From: a virus
Direction: 5' to 3' (one strand)
Virus record (IMG/VR): IMGVR_UViG_3300020430_000007
Length of the DNA: 64,000 nt
How positions within the stretch are numbered: position 1 is the stretch's first letter; each line of letters begins with the position of its first letter. The position numbers and the translations under genes are program-made. Below, one piece after another: positions 11,026-19,532 of this stretch. A model generated the notes under the pieces. The model made no database searches, was not told where the DNA came from, and saw only the letters and a program-made list of their open reading frames with translations.

Positions 11026-11736
11026 ATGGCTTTATACGGTACTGGTTCTAACGTAAACCAAACCACTGATGTAAGTGCAGGTAATTATGGTTCTGGTAAT
11101 GCTATACCAGTAATCACAGTTGACTCTGATAAGAGAATTAGTGCTATCAATACATCGTCAGTTACTTATGCAACGTTGAACGCTAATGCAAACGTTGGTA
11201 CAGTCGGTAGTTATGCCTTTATGCAACAGGCATCTGGTAATACACAGTATGCACCAGGTGACACTTTGGCAGGGTCGGATCTGAGATACTCTGATGCAAC
11301 TGGTCGTGTTCACACAGATACTCCAGCAGGTAATTGGAGATGTATGGGTTATGACTCAGGGGCAGCATTGACAAACTCAGGAACTGTTGGTGGATCTGCC
11401 ACTGGAACTGGTACCCTACAAGGTGGTAATGTAGAACAGGATTCAATCACACTGTCTGGTGCCACCGCTTCTTCATCAGCAGTGACCAGCGTTTCTACAA
11501 ATACTAACGTCAACACCTCTGGTAACATACAGGGTGGTAAGGGTAACCTAAGTCTTAGCTCAAATGCATCTTCTAGCTCAAATGCATCTACGAGTGTTAC
11601 AACAAACGTTGGTGGTAATGTTGACACAAGCAACATAAATGTTGCAGGTAACACATCTGTAAACGTTAACCTAGCATCTATAACGGTGAATACAACAGTT
11701 GCATACTCAGCAACACTCTGGTTACGCTACGCATAG
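11026..11736 (+). CDS. Tail fibre tip / receptor-binding protein
   Basis: VGSYAF..GDTLAGSDLRYS..PAGNWRCMG..ATLWLRYA is a myovirus fibre-tip pattern, here with a long S/T/N-rich insertion. Confidence 0.65.
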   Translation: MALYGTGSNVNQTTDVSAGNYGSGNAIPVITVDSDKRISAINTSSVTYATLNANANVGTVGSYAFMQQASGNTQYAPGDTLAGSDLRYSDATGRVHTDTPAGNWRCMGYDSGAALTNSGTVGGSATGTGTLQGGNVEQDSITLSGATASSSAVTSVSTNTNVNTSGNIQGGKGNLSLSSNASSSSNASTSVTTNVGGNVDTSNINVAGNTSVNVNLASITVNTTVAYSATLWLRYA

Positions 11737-11745
11737 GAATTAAAC

Positions 11746-12165
11746 ATGTCAAATCAAACAAGTTACGAGGTCGTAAGAGCAAGAAATCCAAAGTGGGCAA
11801 ATCTTGAACATAATATGATCAACCTAGAGGTTGATTTTGCACCACTAGATGAGGAGTGGTTGCCATATACATGTGCTCCTAATGACACAGAGACAGAGCA
11901 CTCACGTTATCTTTACAGCAAGGCAGTCAACGGAGATTATGGTGAGATAGCAGATTATGAGCATTGGTCTTTATGGACACCATGGTTCCAAGATAAGGTA
12001 GAGGTGGCAACTGAAGGTTTAGTGCAATTACTATTAGAAAAAGGTATATTGACAGATGATGAGGTTGATACTATATTGATAGAGAAGTCTGAATTTCAAG
12101 GATTTTCTAGACCCGCCACTGATCCAGAAACTCACAATGGAGGAGCTAACTGGGGAGCAACATAG
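11746..12165 (+). CDS. Tail fibre assembly chaperone-like protein
   Basis: ARNPKWAN..INLEVDF..WLPYTC..DTE..GDYGEIADY pattern typical of Tfa-like proteins that follow fibre genes. Confidence 0.6.
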   Translation: MSNQTSYEVVRARNPKWANLEHNMINLEVDFAPLDEEWLPYTCAPNDTETEHSRYLYSKAVNGDYGEIADYEHWSLWTPWFQDKVEVATEGLVQLLLEKGILTDDEVDTILIEKSEFQGFSRPATDPETHNGGANWGAT

Positions 12166-12183
12166 ATTATAATATTTTTTATT

Positions 12184-13173
12184 ATGTACGCTGACAAATC
12201 TGATAAATGGCATCACACAATGGCGAGGTATCTCGGTTTATCTGAGCATACCTCTTTTTTATTTGGTATACTACCAGGTGTATGTCGTGAGGCAATAGGT
12301 CGATACGACTACATGTACACCAAGTTTGAGTGCTTCAATAGCAATAAAACTTATGCTTGGTCATATCATCATGCTAATAAAATAAACAATGGAAGATTTA
12401 GTAATCAAATTGCTTATTACGGCACTGCTCCATTTTTGTGGGAACTCGGTAGAGTCGCAACACAAGGAGATATGCCAGAACCTAAGGGAAGTTTGTTCTT
12501 CTTACCAAGAGACGATCAAGTCACAATAAGAGATAGTGAATACGAAAGCGTACAAAAATTAATTGAATCTGCACCTAGACCAATTACTTTCCTACTGCCT
12601 TGGCGTAAATGTGACATATGGAAAAACTGGGATAAATTGATATTGGGTGGTGATTGTAAAATCATTCAAATGAAAGACCCTGTAACCAGACAAAATACAT
12701 TGTCAAAAACATTTTTAGAGCATGAGCATGTGTATGTGCCTTGGCCTGGCACAGACATTTACTATGCAGAGTTTTTAGATAAAAAAGTGCATGTTTATGA
12801 TAAGTTAGAACAATATCGCACAAAAACTATGGAGGAGATGGAAAGAGAGAACAACATTGTAATACATTATTTAAAATGGGGATATAATTGGTTGACCGAA
12901 GATCAGAGAGTATTTTTTGAGTGGACAAGAAAATGGAATGATATAGATAAAGACATAAGAAAATATCTAACAGAAAAAATGTTAGGACTTGATGTCCTCA
13001 AATCACCATCAGAGTTACACGAAGATCTTATGAATAATAATTTTTTAGAATTTGGTCAACAATTTGTTTATAACTCTGAATATCAAAAATCATATGAGTG
13101 GTTAAAATTTAGGATTCAGGAAAGAAGTCCTCGTCACTCATACCACGATCATCCACATATACAACTGCTCTAG
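12184..13173 (+). CDS. Hypothetical protein, possible glycosyltransferase-like (capsule/LPS-cluster type)
   Basis: 329 aa. GSLFFLPR..PITFLLPWR..GTDIYYAEFL resembles uncharacterised GT-B-like proteins of polysaccharide loci. Adjacent to sugar-pathway genes. Confidence 0.35.
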   Translation: MYADKSDKWHHTMARYLGLSEHTSFLFGILPGVCREAIGRYDYMYTKFECFNSNKTYAWSYHHANKINNGRFSNQIAYYGTAPFLWELGRVATQGDMPEPKGSLFFLPRDDQVTIRDSEYESVQKLIESAPRPITFLLPWRKCDIWKNWDKLILGGDCKIIQMKDPVTRQNTLSKTFLEHEHVYVPWPGTDIYYAEFLDKKVHVYDKLEQYRTKTMEEMERENNIVIHYLKWGYNWLTEDQRVFFEWTRKWNDIDKDIRKYLTEKMLGLDVLKSPSELHEDLMNNNFLEFGQQFVYNSEYQKSYEWLKFRIQERSPRHSYHDHPHIQLL

Positions 13174-13513
13174 GTTTACCAAAATATAATTTGTGATATT
13201 TTACTCCCCACTCCTTGAGTTGTGCTTCAGTCCTTTGTCTACAATAATCATCTGCTTCTTTTTGTGCTGCCAATATATCGTCTTCATGTATACAAATGCT
13301 TCGTATAAATCCACGTGCTGTCATAAGATATATTGTAGCACCCTCATCATATAATTCATTTACATATGCTATGCGTTTTGGTCTTGGTACTGCCTCCCAT
13401 GGTGTACCCTGATGAGGTTCAGTAAGTGTGCCATCAATGTCAATACAATAGATATTCGTGACATGATCTGTGATATCATTGAATTTTTCAACCAAAGGAG
13501 TAATCTTTTTCAT
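13109..13513 (-). CDS. HAD-family phosphatase (capsule biosynthesis phosphatase-like)
   Basis: Motif I DIDGTL, motif II MTARG, motifs III/IV GKP..YVDDR. Confidence 0.85.
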   Translation of the reverse strand: MKKITPLVEKFNDITDHVTNIYCIDIDGTLTEPHQGTPWEAVPRPKRIAYVNELYDEGATIYLMTARGFIRSICIHEDDILAAQKEADDYCRQRTEAQLKEWGVKYHKLYFGKPRAVVYVDDRGMSDEDFFPES

Positions 13514-13965
13514 TTTATGTGAGGTAATTGAGGAAGGTCAACGCCTATGGATTCCATAAGCATGTATATTTGCCATAGGACATTACATTCAAATTCATGA
13601 TATGTCTTAGCAGGTATTATTATAGTGTAAAGTTCTTGGTGTTGTTCTGGAGCAAACAATATAGTGTCTGATTTATCTCTTACACTCAACAATGCATCAG
13701 ATACACCAGCATTAATTCTACATGATATACCTATGACAAGATCAGCGTGTTGTGCATATTGCATCCAAGGCACTTTCCAATCGTTTTTATCTGCTAAGGC
13801 ACTCGTGTTGATGGAATCAGGTGCATAACAAAATTTACCAGTATGTCTGAATATATCAGATGCCATGTGTTGTGCCACTGCCATATTACCACCATTGCCA
13901 AATAGAGCAACAGTTTTTGCTTTCCTTAATTTCTCAGGTGCATCTCGTAAATCTACAGTGAGCAT
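13510..13965 (-). CDS. SIS-domain sugar-phosphate isomerase (GmhA-like, divergent)
   Basis: ALFGNGGNMAVAQHMASD, DLVIGISC and terminal YHEFEC match the GmhA/SIS layout. Confidence 0.75.
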   Translation of the reverse strand: MLTVDLRDAPEKLRKAKTVALFGNGGNMAVAQHMASDIFRHTGKFCYAPDSINTSALADKNDWKVPWMQYAQHADLVIGISCRINAGVSDALLSVRDKSDTILFAPEQHQELYTIIIPAKTYHEFECNVLWQIYMLMESIGVDLPQLPHIK

Positions 13966-14867
13966 AGTACTTGATCTATTAGTTGAGGTAATTTGAGTTG
14001 ACGTTTCAATGGCATGTGATTATCTAATGTAGTATTGTGATCACGTATACATTTATCCATCGGTAACCAGTCATCTAATTCAAAAAAATCTTGATAGTTA
14101 TCTCTATCAAGATTAAATGGTGTGAAAGGTATACCATAATATTCTAGCATACGAGTGATCAAACCATAAGTTTTCCTATGGTTTTTCAACTTACGCACAC
14201 ATTCTGATACAAAATAATCCTGACCACGTTTCCAATGAGCATCACCCACACAACCACGTAAGAATCCTTCAACCAATGATTCAAGATCTTCTTTATATGG
14301 TACTATATTATACCTTAATTTGAACTGGTTGACAATGTATTTTAGGTCAGCAGGAGGATGAGGAGGGTCTAGATCTTCCATATTTTTAGTTATAGTATCT
14401 TCAGCACCAAGAGATCCATTATATCCAAACATAACGTGTGGATTATTCATTGAGTCATGTTCAAGCAGGTGTTCTGCACAGTCATAGAATGTTGTAGGTA
14501 TATCATCTATGTTACCATCTAGTTTTCCCCAGTCTTTCATACTATATCTACCACGAGATGATATGAATGGTGATTCATAAAACCATTGATGTTGTGGTAT
14601 CTCGTTAGGAAACCACTCAGGAAAACAAATGTCTATAGTTTTATTATATGTACTAAAATCTTGTACTGCATACCATGTCTTTAGTTTTCCATTTTGTTGC
14701 CAGTACCATTGTTTTATATAATATCCATTCTCTGCAGGTCTCCATGTTGAAGTGAATATAGGTGTAGAGTGATGGTTGCAACAATATGTTTTCTTATTAT
14801 GAAAGAAGTTTATTACTACTTGCCATCCACCAGTCTTAACATAATTCCAATAACTATATTTTTTCAT
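13953..14867 (-). CDS. Family A paralogue (P-loop/sulfotransferase-fold-like hypothetical)
   Basis: Shares WYW, NP..FGY.G, NIVPYKEDL and IPF..FNLD.D.Y motifs with five other ORFs in the window. Confidence 0.6.
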   Translation of the reverse strand: MKKYSYWNYVKTGGWQVVINFFHNKKTYCCNHHSTPIFTSTWRPAENGYYIKQWYWQQNGKLKTWYAVQDFSTYNKTIDICFPEWFPNEIPQHQWFYESPFISSRGRYSMKDWGKLDGNIDDIPTTFYDCAEHLLEHDSMNNPHVMFGYNGSLGAEDTITKNMEDLDPPHPPADLKYIVNQFKLRYNIVPYKEDLESLVEGFLRGCVGDAHWKRGQDYFVSECVRKLKNHRKTYGLITRMLEYYGIPFTPFNLDRDNYQDFFELDDWLPMDKCIRDHNTTLDNHMPLKRQLKLPQLIDQVLCSL

Positions 14868-15681
14868 AATCTCTTATATAATCATCAACTAATTTCTTTA
14901 CATTTTGTTTCCATGGATTATATGTAAACAATTTATCGTGACTATCTCTTGGTAATACTTTATCTAAGTCAAATGTCTTAGCATAGTCACCACTGTCTAA
15001 TGAAAACATTTCGTATGGAATGTCAAGTCTAGATAAAAATTTTGGTATATATTTTTGAAATTTTCTTATAGTATTAATTAAGATAGTGGTTTCCTCTACT
15101 GATTCGGGTCGCCCAGTACCTGCAAACACATTATATGCTAAGTGTTTTATATCTTCTTTGTACACTACTATATTCTTACGTTTTCTTAGTTCTTCTATTA
15201 TGTGTGATGGTGGGTTGAGATTTGGTCTGTCCTGCTCCATATTTCTCATTTGTTTCTCTGATCCTAGTAATCCAGTGTATCCTAGTAAACCAAATGGATT
15301 TGTTATAAGATCTCTACTCATTATATTATCCACACACTCATAAAAATTTTGATGTGTTGTCCACTCCTTCCTAGGTACAGTTTCGTAACCACGATAATCT
15401 GGAATAGGATACCACATCTCATCATAATGTGCTGATGATAATTTATCTCTTGTGTCAAGATAGTAGTGGTGTGTATTTAATTGCTTTGTCTCTTTGTCAC
15501 ACCAATACCATTCTAGTTCATCTATTGGTATATCAGTCTCAACAAGATCTATTGGTCTACTAAGAACACACCACAGTGGCTTTGATTGTGATAAAAATGC
15601 ACAACTTTTTCTATTATACCAAAATTGACTACGGATGAGACACTTACCAGATTTTATAGATGAAAAATAAGTGTATTTCAT
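14854..15681 (-). CDS. Family A paralogue
   Basis: YFSSIKSGK N-terminal loop, WYW, NPFGLLGY, KNIVVYKEDI, IPYEMFSLDSGDY. Confidence 0.6.
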   Translation of the reverse strand: MKYTYFSSIKSGKCLIRSQFWYNRKSCAFLSQSKPLWCVLSRPIDLVETDIPIDELEWYWCDKETKQLNTHHYYLDTRDKLSSAHYDEMWYPIPDYRGYETVPRKEWTTHQNFYECVDNIMSRDLITNPFGLLGYTGLLGSEKQMRNMEQDRPNLNPPSHIIEELRKRKNIVVYKEDIKHLAYNVFAGTGRPESVEETTILINTIRKFQKYIPKFLSRLDIPYEMFSLDSGDYAKTFDLDKVLPRDSHDKLFTYNPWKQNVKKLVDDYIRDYEKI

Positions 15682-16541
15682 GGATTGTTCCTCACATAAT
15701 CATCAATCCATCCCTCTACGACATCAATAGGTTCAATATAATCATGTAACTTATGGTGGGGATCATCTTCTCTATCAAAAACTTTATCTAAATTAAAACA
15801 TAGTTTATAACTATCTTTGTCTAGATTAAACCACTCATATTTTATATTATAATAATCTAATAAATTTGCGATATCTTGCTCAAGTTGACGATATAAATTG
15901 ATACGTTTGGTTACTTGTCTAATATATTTTTCTGTAGTATTTGTGAAGTGTACATCAGGATGTTTATATTGTAAATGACCTATTCCAATAAAAAAATTTT
16001 TTGCTAAATGTCTTAGATCTTCTTTGTGAGTTACTATATTCTTACGTTTATTAAGTTCATCAATTACATAATCTAATGGTATATTGATTAGATTGGGTTC
16101 ACGATTTACTACTGATTCTGCTAATTGTCTGCCGATACCAGAATAACCTAACATGACAAGAGGATTTACAACATAGTCACATTCCATTGCGATAGGAAAG
16201 ACTTTATGATAATCGCCTTTACCTGTATTGGACGTTTCTATTTCTGGTCTCTTGAGATACTTTATAATATTATAATTTCCATTGGTGGGTATGTAAAAAA
16301 AATGTTCACTATAATGATAATTCAATAAAAAATCTTCATTTACTTTATATGATTTAGTGACTAATCTCCCATCAAGATCTTCCCAATACCAATAAAATTG
16401 TCCATTAGGTTTAACTGAGGTAGAGAATAATGTTTTTCTTTCTCCTAGATTAAAATTAAATGTGGTCTTATTATTGAGTAAGAACATGTCTCTCAACAAA
16501 TACTTACCCGATTTGCCAGGACTAAAATAATTATATTTCAT
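15678..16541 (-). CDS. Family A paralogue
   Basis: YFSPGKSGK, WYWED, NPLVMLGY, KNIVTHKEDL, IKYEWFNLDKDSY. Confidence 0.6.
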   Translation of the reverse strand: MKYNYFSPGKSGKYLLRDMFLLNNKTTFNFNLGERKTLFSTSVKPNGQFYWYWEDLDGRLVTKSYKVNEDFLLNYHYSEHFFYIPTNGNYNIIKYLKRPEIETSNTGKGDYHKVFPIAMECDYVVNPLVMLGYSGIGRQLAESVVNREPNLINIPLDYVIDELNKRKNIVTHKEDLRHLAKNFFIGIGHLQYKHPDVHFTNTTEKYIRQVTKRINLYRQLEQDIANLLDYYNIKYEWFNLDKDSYKLCFNLDKVFDREDDPHHKLHDYIEPIDVVEGWIDDYVRNNP

Positions 16542-17410
16542 GGATATTCACTCACATACCTATCTATCCAACCATCTACCATATATCTCAAATTATCAGG
16601 TAATAATGGTCCTGTTCCCTCAGTCTCATATCTACTAAACTCCTTTGTCACCTCAAATGTTTTGGAATAGTCTCCAGTATCAAGACTCCATCGTTCATAA
16701 GGTATATTATGTCTTTCCATCATAACTCTACAACAGTGATGATATTTTCGTGCTTCATTTAAACGAGTAGATACTATATTATAAAATCTCTCATAGTTAT
16801 CGTCAAATATTTGAGCACCACCAAGAAACCATGATCTTGCCCAATGTCTCAAATCTTCTTTGTATACTATTATATTTTTTCGTCTTCTCATTTGTTCAAT
16901 GGAGTAGTCTAAATCAACATTTAGTTTTCTTATACCTTTTTCAAGTCCTTCATTTAAATGTAATCCTGATATATTATCCTTCACATATCCATAGTATCCT
17001 AACAATACCTCAGGATGTAATATAAAATCACACTCAAAACATTTATCAAATATTTTGTATAAGTTATCAGGATGATACACTGAGGTGTTTTTTAGTTCGT
17101 CTGGAGTATACCTAGCATAGTCTATCGCTAACCAATTAGTAGATGCTAGATTGTCTCTAATTCTTACTTTATGGTCATTTATTGTAGATATAAAATCTAT
17201 GTTATCATATCGTCTAAACTCAGTTGTGCTTCTAATCTTTCCTTCTTTATCTTCCCAATACCATGTTCGTGTGTTATTTTTAGGGTTATATATTATTACA
17301 TGTAAAGGACCATATCCCTTTAGTTTTGCTACGCTCTTACCATTTAGTAATCCTATATTTTGATATTGTAATCTACCACCTCTATCTGTTGAGAAATAAG
17401 AGTTCTTCAT
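16538..17410 (-). CDS. Family A paralogue
   Basis: YFSTDRGGR, WYWED, HPEVLLGY, KNIIVYKEDL, IPYERWSLDTGDY. Confidence 0.6.
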   Translation of the reverse strand: MKNSYFSTDRGGRLQYQNIGLLNGKSVAKLKGYGPLHVIIYNPKNNTRTWYWEDKEGKIRSTTEFRRYDNIDFISTINDHKVRIRDNLASTNWLAIDYARYTPDELKNTSVYHPDNLYKIFDKCFECDFILHPEVLLGYYGYVKDNISGLHLNEGLEKGIRKLNVDLDYSIEQMRRRKNIIVYKEDLRHWARSWFLGGAQIFDDNYERFYNIVSTRLNEARKYHHCCRVMMERHNIPYERWSLDTGDYSKTFEVTKEFSRYETEGTGPLLPDNLRYMVDGWIDRYVSEYP

Positions 17411-18123
17411 TTAGCATTTAAGGCATCTTCTACTATTTGTATATGGTGTGGTCTATCAACACCTTGTGATCTATCTTTATCAGGGAGTAAAAGGGCATCA
17501 ACATGATACTTACCACAAAAACCAATGGTGTCTAATCCTTTCCAGTGTTTGACAAATGTCATGTCAAGATTAGGAAAATCAGCAATGACTGATCTCTTAT
17601 AAAAATACATTCCAAGTTGAGGGACAACATTGTCAGTCGCAATGTCAGGTGTTCTCATGAGATATAATACTCTACCATTGTTTATAGCCATTTGAACCAC
17701 ATCAGGATCCTCATAATCACCATCTAAAGTTTTTCTATATGGTTGAACCATGTCACTACAGTTATCAATTCCATATCTCACAATATAATCTATCTCTTTT
17801 GGATCTGCTAACGGTTCGTCTCCTTGTAAATTGAACACATAATCCACTCCCTGTAAATTTCGTGCTACCTCAGCAACTCTATGAGTACATGTATAATGTG
17901 ATTTAGTCATTATCGCTTCAAATCCCCATTGTTCAACAGTGTCTTTTATAATCTCATCCTCTGTAGCAACAATAATGCGATCAAAATATTTACATTGTTT
18001 TGGTATATCTGCTACTCGTAAGACTAATTCTCTCCCGTTTATTTTTACCAATGGTTTACCAGGAAATCTAGATGATGACATTCGTGCAGGCACAATGCAA
18101 GCGATGTTTTTTTCTCTGTACAT
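17407..18123 (-). CDS. kdsB: 3-deoxy-manno-octulosonate cytidylyltransferase (CMP-Kdo synthetase)-like
   Basis: IVPARMSSSRFPGKPL, IIVATED, NLQGDEPL, QLGMYFY, GVD: canonical KdsB motifs. Confidence 0.85.
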   Translation of the reverse strand: MYREKNIACIVPARMSSSRFPGKPLVKINGRELVLRVADIPKQCKYFDRIIVATEDEIIKDTVEQWGFEAIMTKSHYTCTHRVAEVARNLQGVDYVFNLQGDEPLADPKEIDYIVRYGIDNCSDMVQPYRKTLDGDYEDPDVVQMAINNGRVLYLMRTPDIATDNVVPQLGMYFYKRSVIADFPNLDMTFVKHWKGLDTIGFCGKYHVDALLLPDKDRSQGVDRPHHIQIVEDALNAK

Positions 18124-18128
18124 AATGT

Positions 18129-19034
18129 TTAGATGTTATCTTGTAGTCTACCAGACAATCTCATATCTGTCAAGTTTCGTTTTTGAAGATACTCTTTTGC
18201 CATAGTAGTTGCTAATTTATATCTATCACTTTCTTTATCGTATGGAAACATAGTATATTGTTTAGGGATTTTATTTTCACAAAAAATTTTATAATCATGG
18301 TTATCCAAATCAAGATAATCATATTCAATTTTATTATCTCTAAGTGTTTGTTCTACATTTCTATTGTTTCTAGTGAAATCGTCTAAATGTTTGAACACTA
18401 ATTCTTTATCAAGATACCATGCATCTTCTACATTTTTTACATTTACATTGAATGTTTTATTAGTAGCAGCAGATACAAATAGATTTATTCTAGCAATAGT
18501 AATATCTAATAAATTCTCTTTGTAGGGTATTATATTATTACATGTTCTAAAGTGTTTTGTAAATGGTTTATAGAATATTTGTGGATGTGGTTGAGGTAAA
18601 AATAGGTCACATGTGCATAAATCATTGAAGAAATGGTCATGCCATTTTCTACCATGATCTTCGTATATTGGATAAAGTTTTCTATTATTTTCTTTCCATG
18701 TTCCTACCTTGAATTTCGTTTTTGGTGGATTATTCTTGCCATATCCTAGATAATCTTCATATACAAAGTATTCTATCTTTATACCTGTATCTGTATAATG
18801 ATGTAGCAATTGCTCACTACTAAGACTATCAACTTTTATTACTGGAGTTATTGTGTCTGAGTCATCATATCTTTTATATTTTATATGGTGTTGATCTAAA
18901 TCATGATACTCCCATTTATGTGATACATACTTACCACCAATTTGCATTTGAGTGACAGTTTTTCTATTGTATCTAAATAAACCATTGAAATATGCTTTAC
19001 CATAGTGCCTAGCACCCCAGATGACAAATTTCAT
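18129..19034 (-). CDS. Family A paralogue (divergent)
   Basis: IWGARHYGK, YNRKT, NNIIPYKENL, IEYDYLDLDNHDY. Confidence 0.55.
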   Translation of the reverse strand: MKFVIWGARHYGKAYFNGLFRYNRKTVTQMQIGGKYVSHKWEYHDLDQHHIKYKRYDDSDTITPVIKVDSLSSEQLLHHYTDTGIKIEYFVYEDYLGYGKNNPPKTKFKVGTWKENNRKLYPIYEDHGRKWHDHFFNDLCTCDLFLPQPHPQIFYKPFTKHFRTCNNIIPYKENLLDITIARINLFVSAATNKTFNVNVKNVEDAWYLDKELVFKHLDDFTRNNRNVEQTLRDNKIEYDYLDLDNHDYKIFCENKIPKQYTMFPYDKESDRYKLATTMAKEYLQKRNLTDMRLSGRLQDNI

Positions 19035-19069
19035 ATCATGCTGTATAATGATCTTACTATAATATATCT

Positions 19070-19456
19070 ATGAAAAAAACACTACCACCCAACTACGGAT
19101 TTGACTTCCCTATACAATGGAAAAATGGTGATTTCAAAGTTGGTGATGCGGTAGTATGTGGTATGCAGAATCTAGACTATGGTATTGTATCATTTATAAG
19201 TAATGAATACTTGACAGTGTGCACCGCTTGTGGAACTGGCACAGATGAGTTACCACATAGAGATATAAAAGTGGTAGTATCTAAAGTAGTACCAATTAGA
19301 AAATTAGAAAAACATGAATATACCAAACTGGCAACATCACTCAAAAAAGGGTGCCAAACGGAGACTGCGACCTCAAAAATTGAGACAGGCAAGGAAAAGA
19401 CGCTCGCAATTTCTCACACGCTTAGAAAAAGAGTCGAAGAGAAACCAGTTGAATAA
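19070..19456 (+). CDS. Hypothetical phage protein
   Basis: 128 aa ORF behind TATAAT boxes (19044, 19058); FKVGD..GIVSFI..YLTV small beta-barrel-like pattern. Confidence 0.55.
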   Translation: MKKTLPPNYGFDFPIQWKNGDFKVGDAVVCGMQNLDYGIVSFISNEYLTVCTACGTGTDELPHRDIKVVVSKVVPIRKLEKHEYTKLATSLKKGCQTETATSKIETGKEKTLAISHTLRKRVEEKPVE

Positions 19457-19532
19457 GTGTCACAATCGCCCACACAAGGGTGATTTTTTTATGTATAATA
19501 TTAGTATATCAAACAAAACAACATGCCTGTAA
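19314..19532 (+). CDS. Small basic hypothetical protein (PNWQHHSKK type seen in cyanomyoviruses)
   Basis: MNIPNWQHHSKK..RLRPQKLRQARKRR matches my recollection of a conserved cyanophage ORF upstream of the cobT-like/cobS pair. Overlaps the previous ORF out of frame. Confidence 0.5.
   Translation: MNIPNWQHHSKKGAKRRLRPQKLRQARKRRSQFLTRLEKESKRNQLNKCHNRPHKGDFFMYNISISNKTTCL
19442..19499 (+). promoter_or_regulatory. Early promoter element copy 1 (palindrome + TATAAT)
   Basis: AACCAGTT-GAAT-AAGTGTCACA with TATAAT at 19494, 48 nt from the CAGT. Confidence 0.75.

Noticed and set aside
509-11654. Numerous minus-strand ORFs (60-239 aa) within the tail-fibre genes
   Set aside because: Antisense shadows of Gly/Thr/Val-rich codons, fully nested in long plus-strand genes and lacking recognisable motifs.
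8030-12165. Diversity-generating retroelement or shufflon acting on the fibres
   Set aside because: No reverse transcriptase or recombinase in the window; repeats are in-frame direct modules without adenine-specific mismatch patterns or inverted crossover sites.
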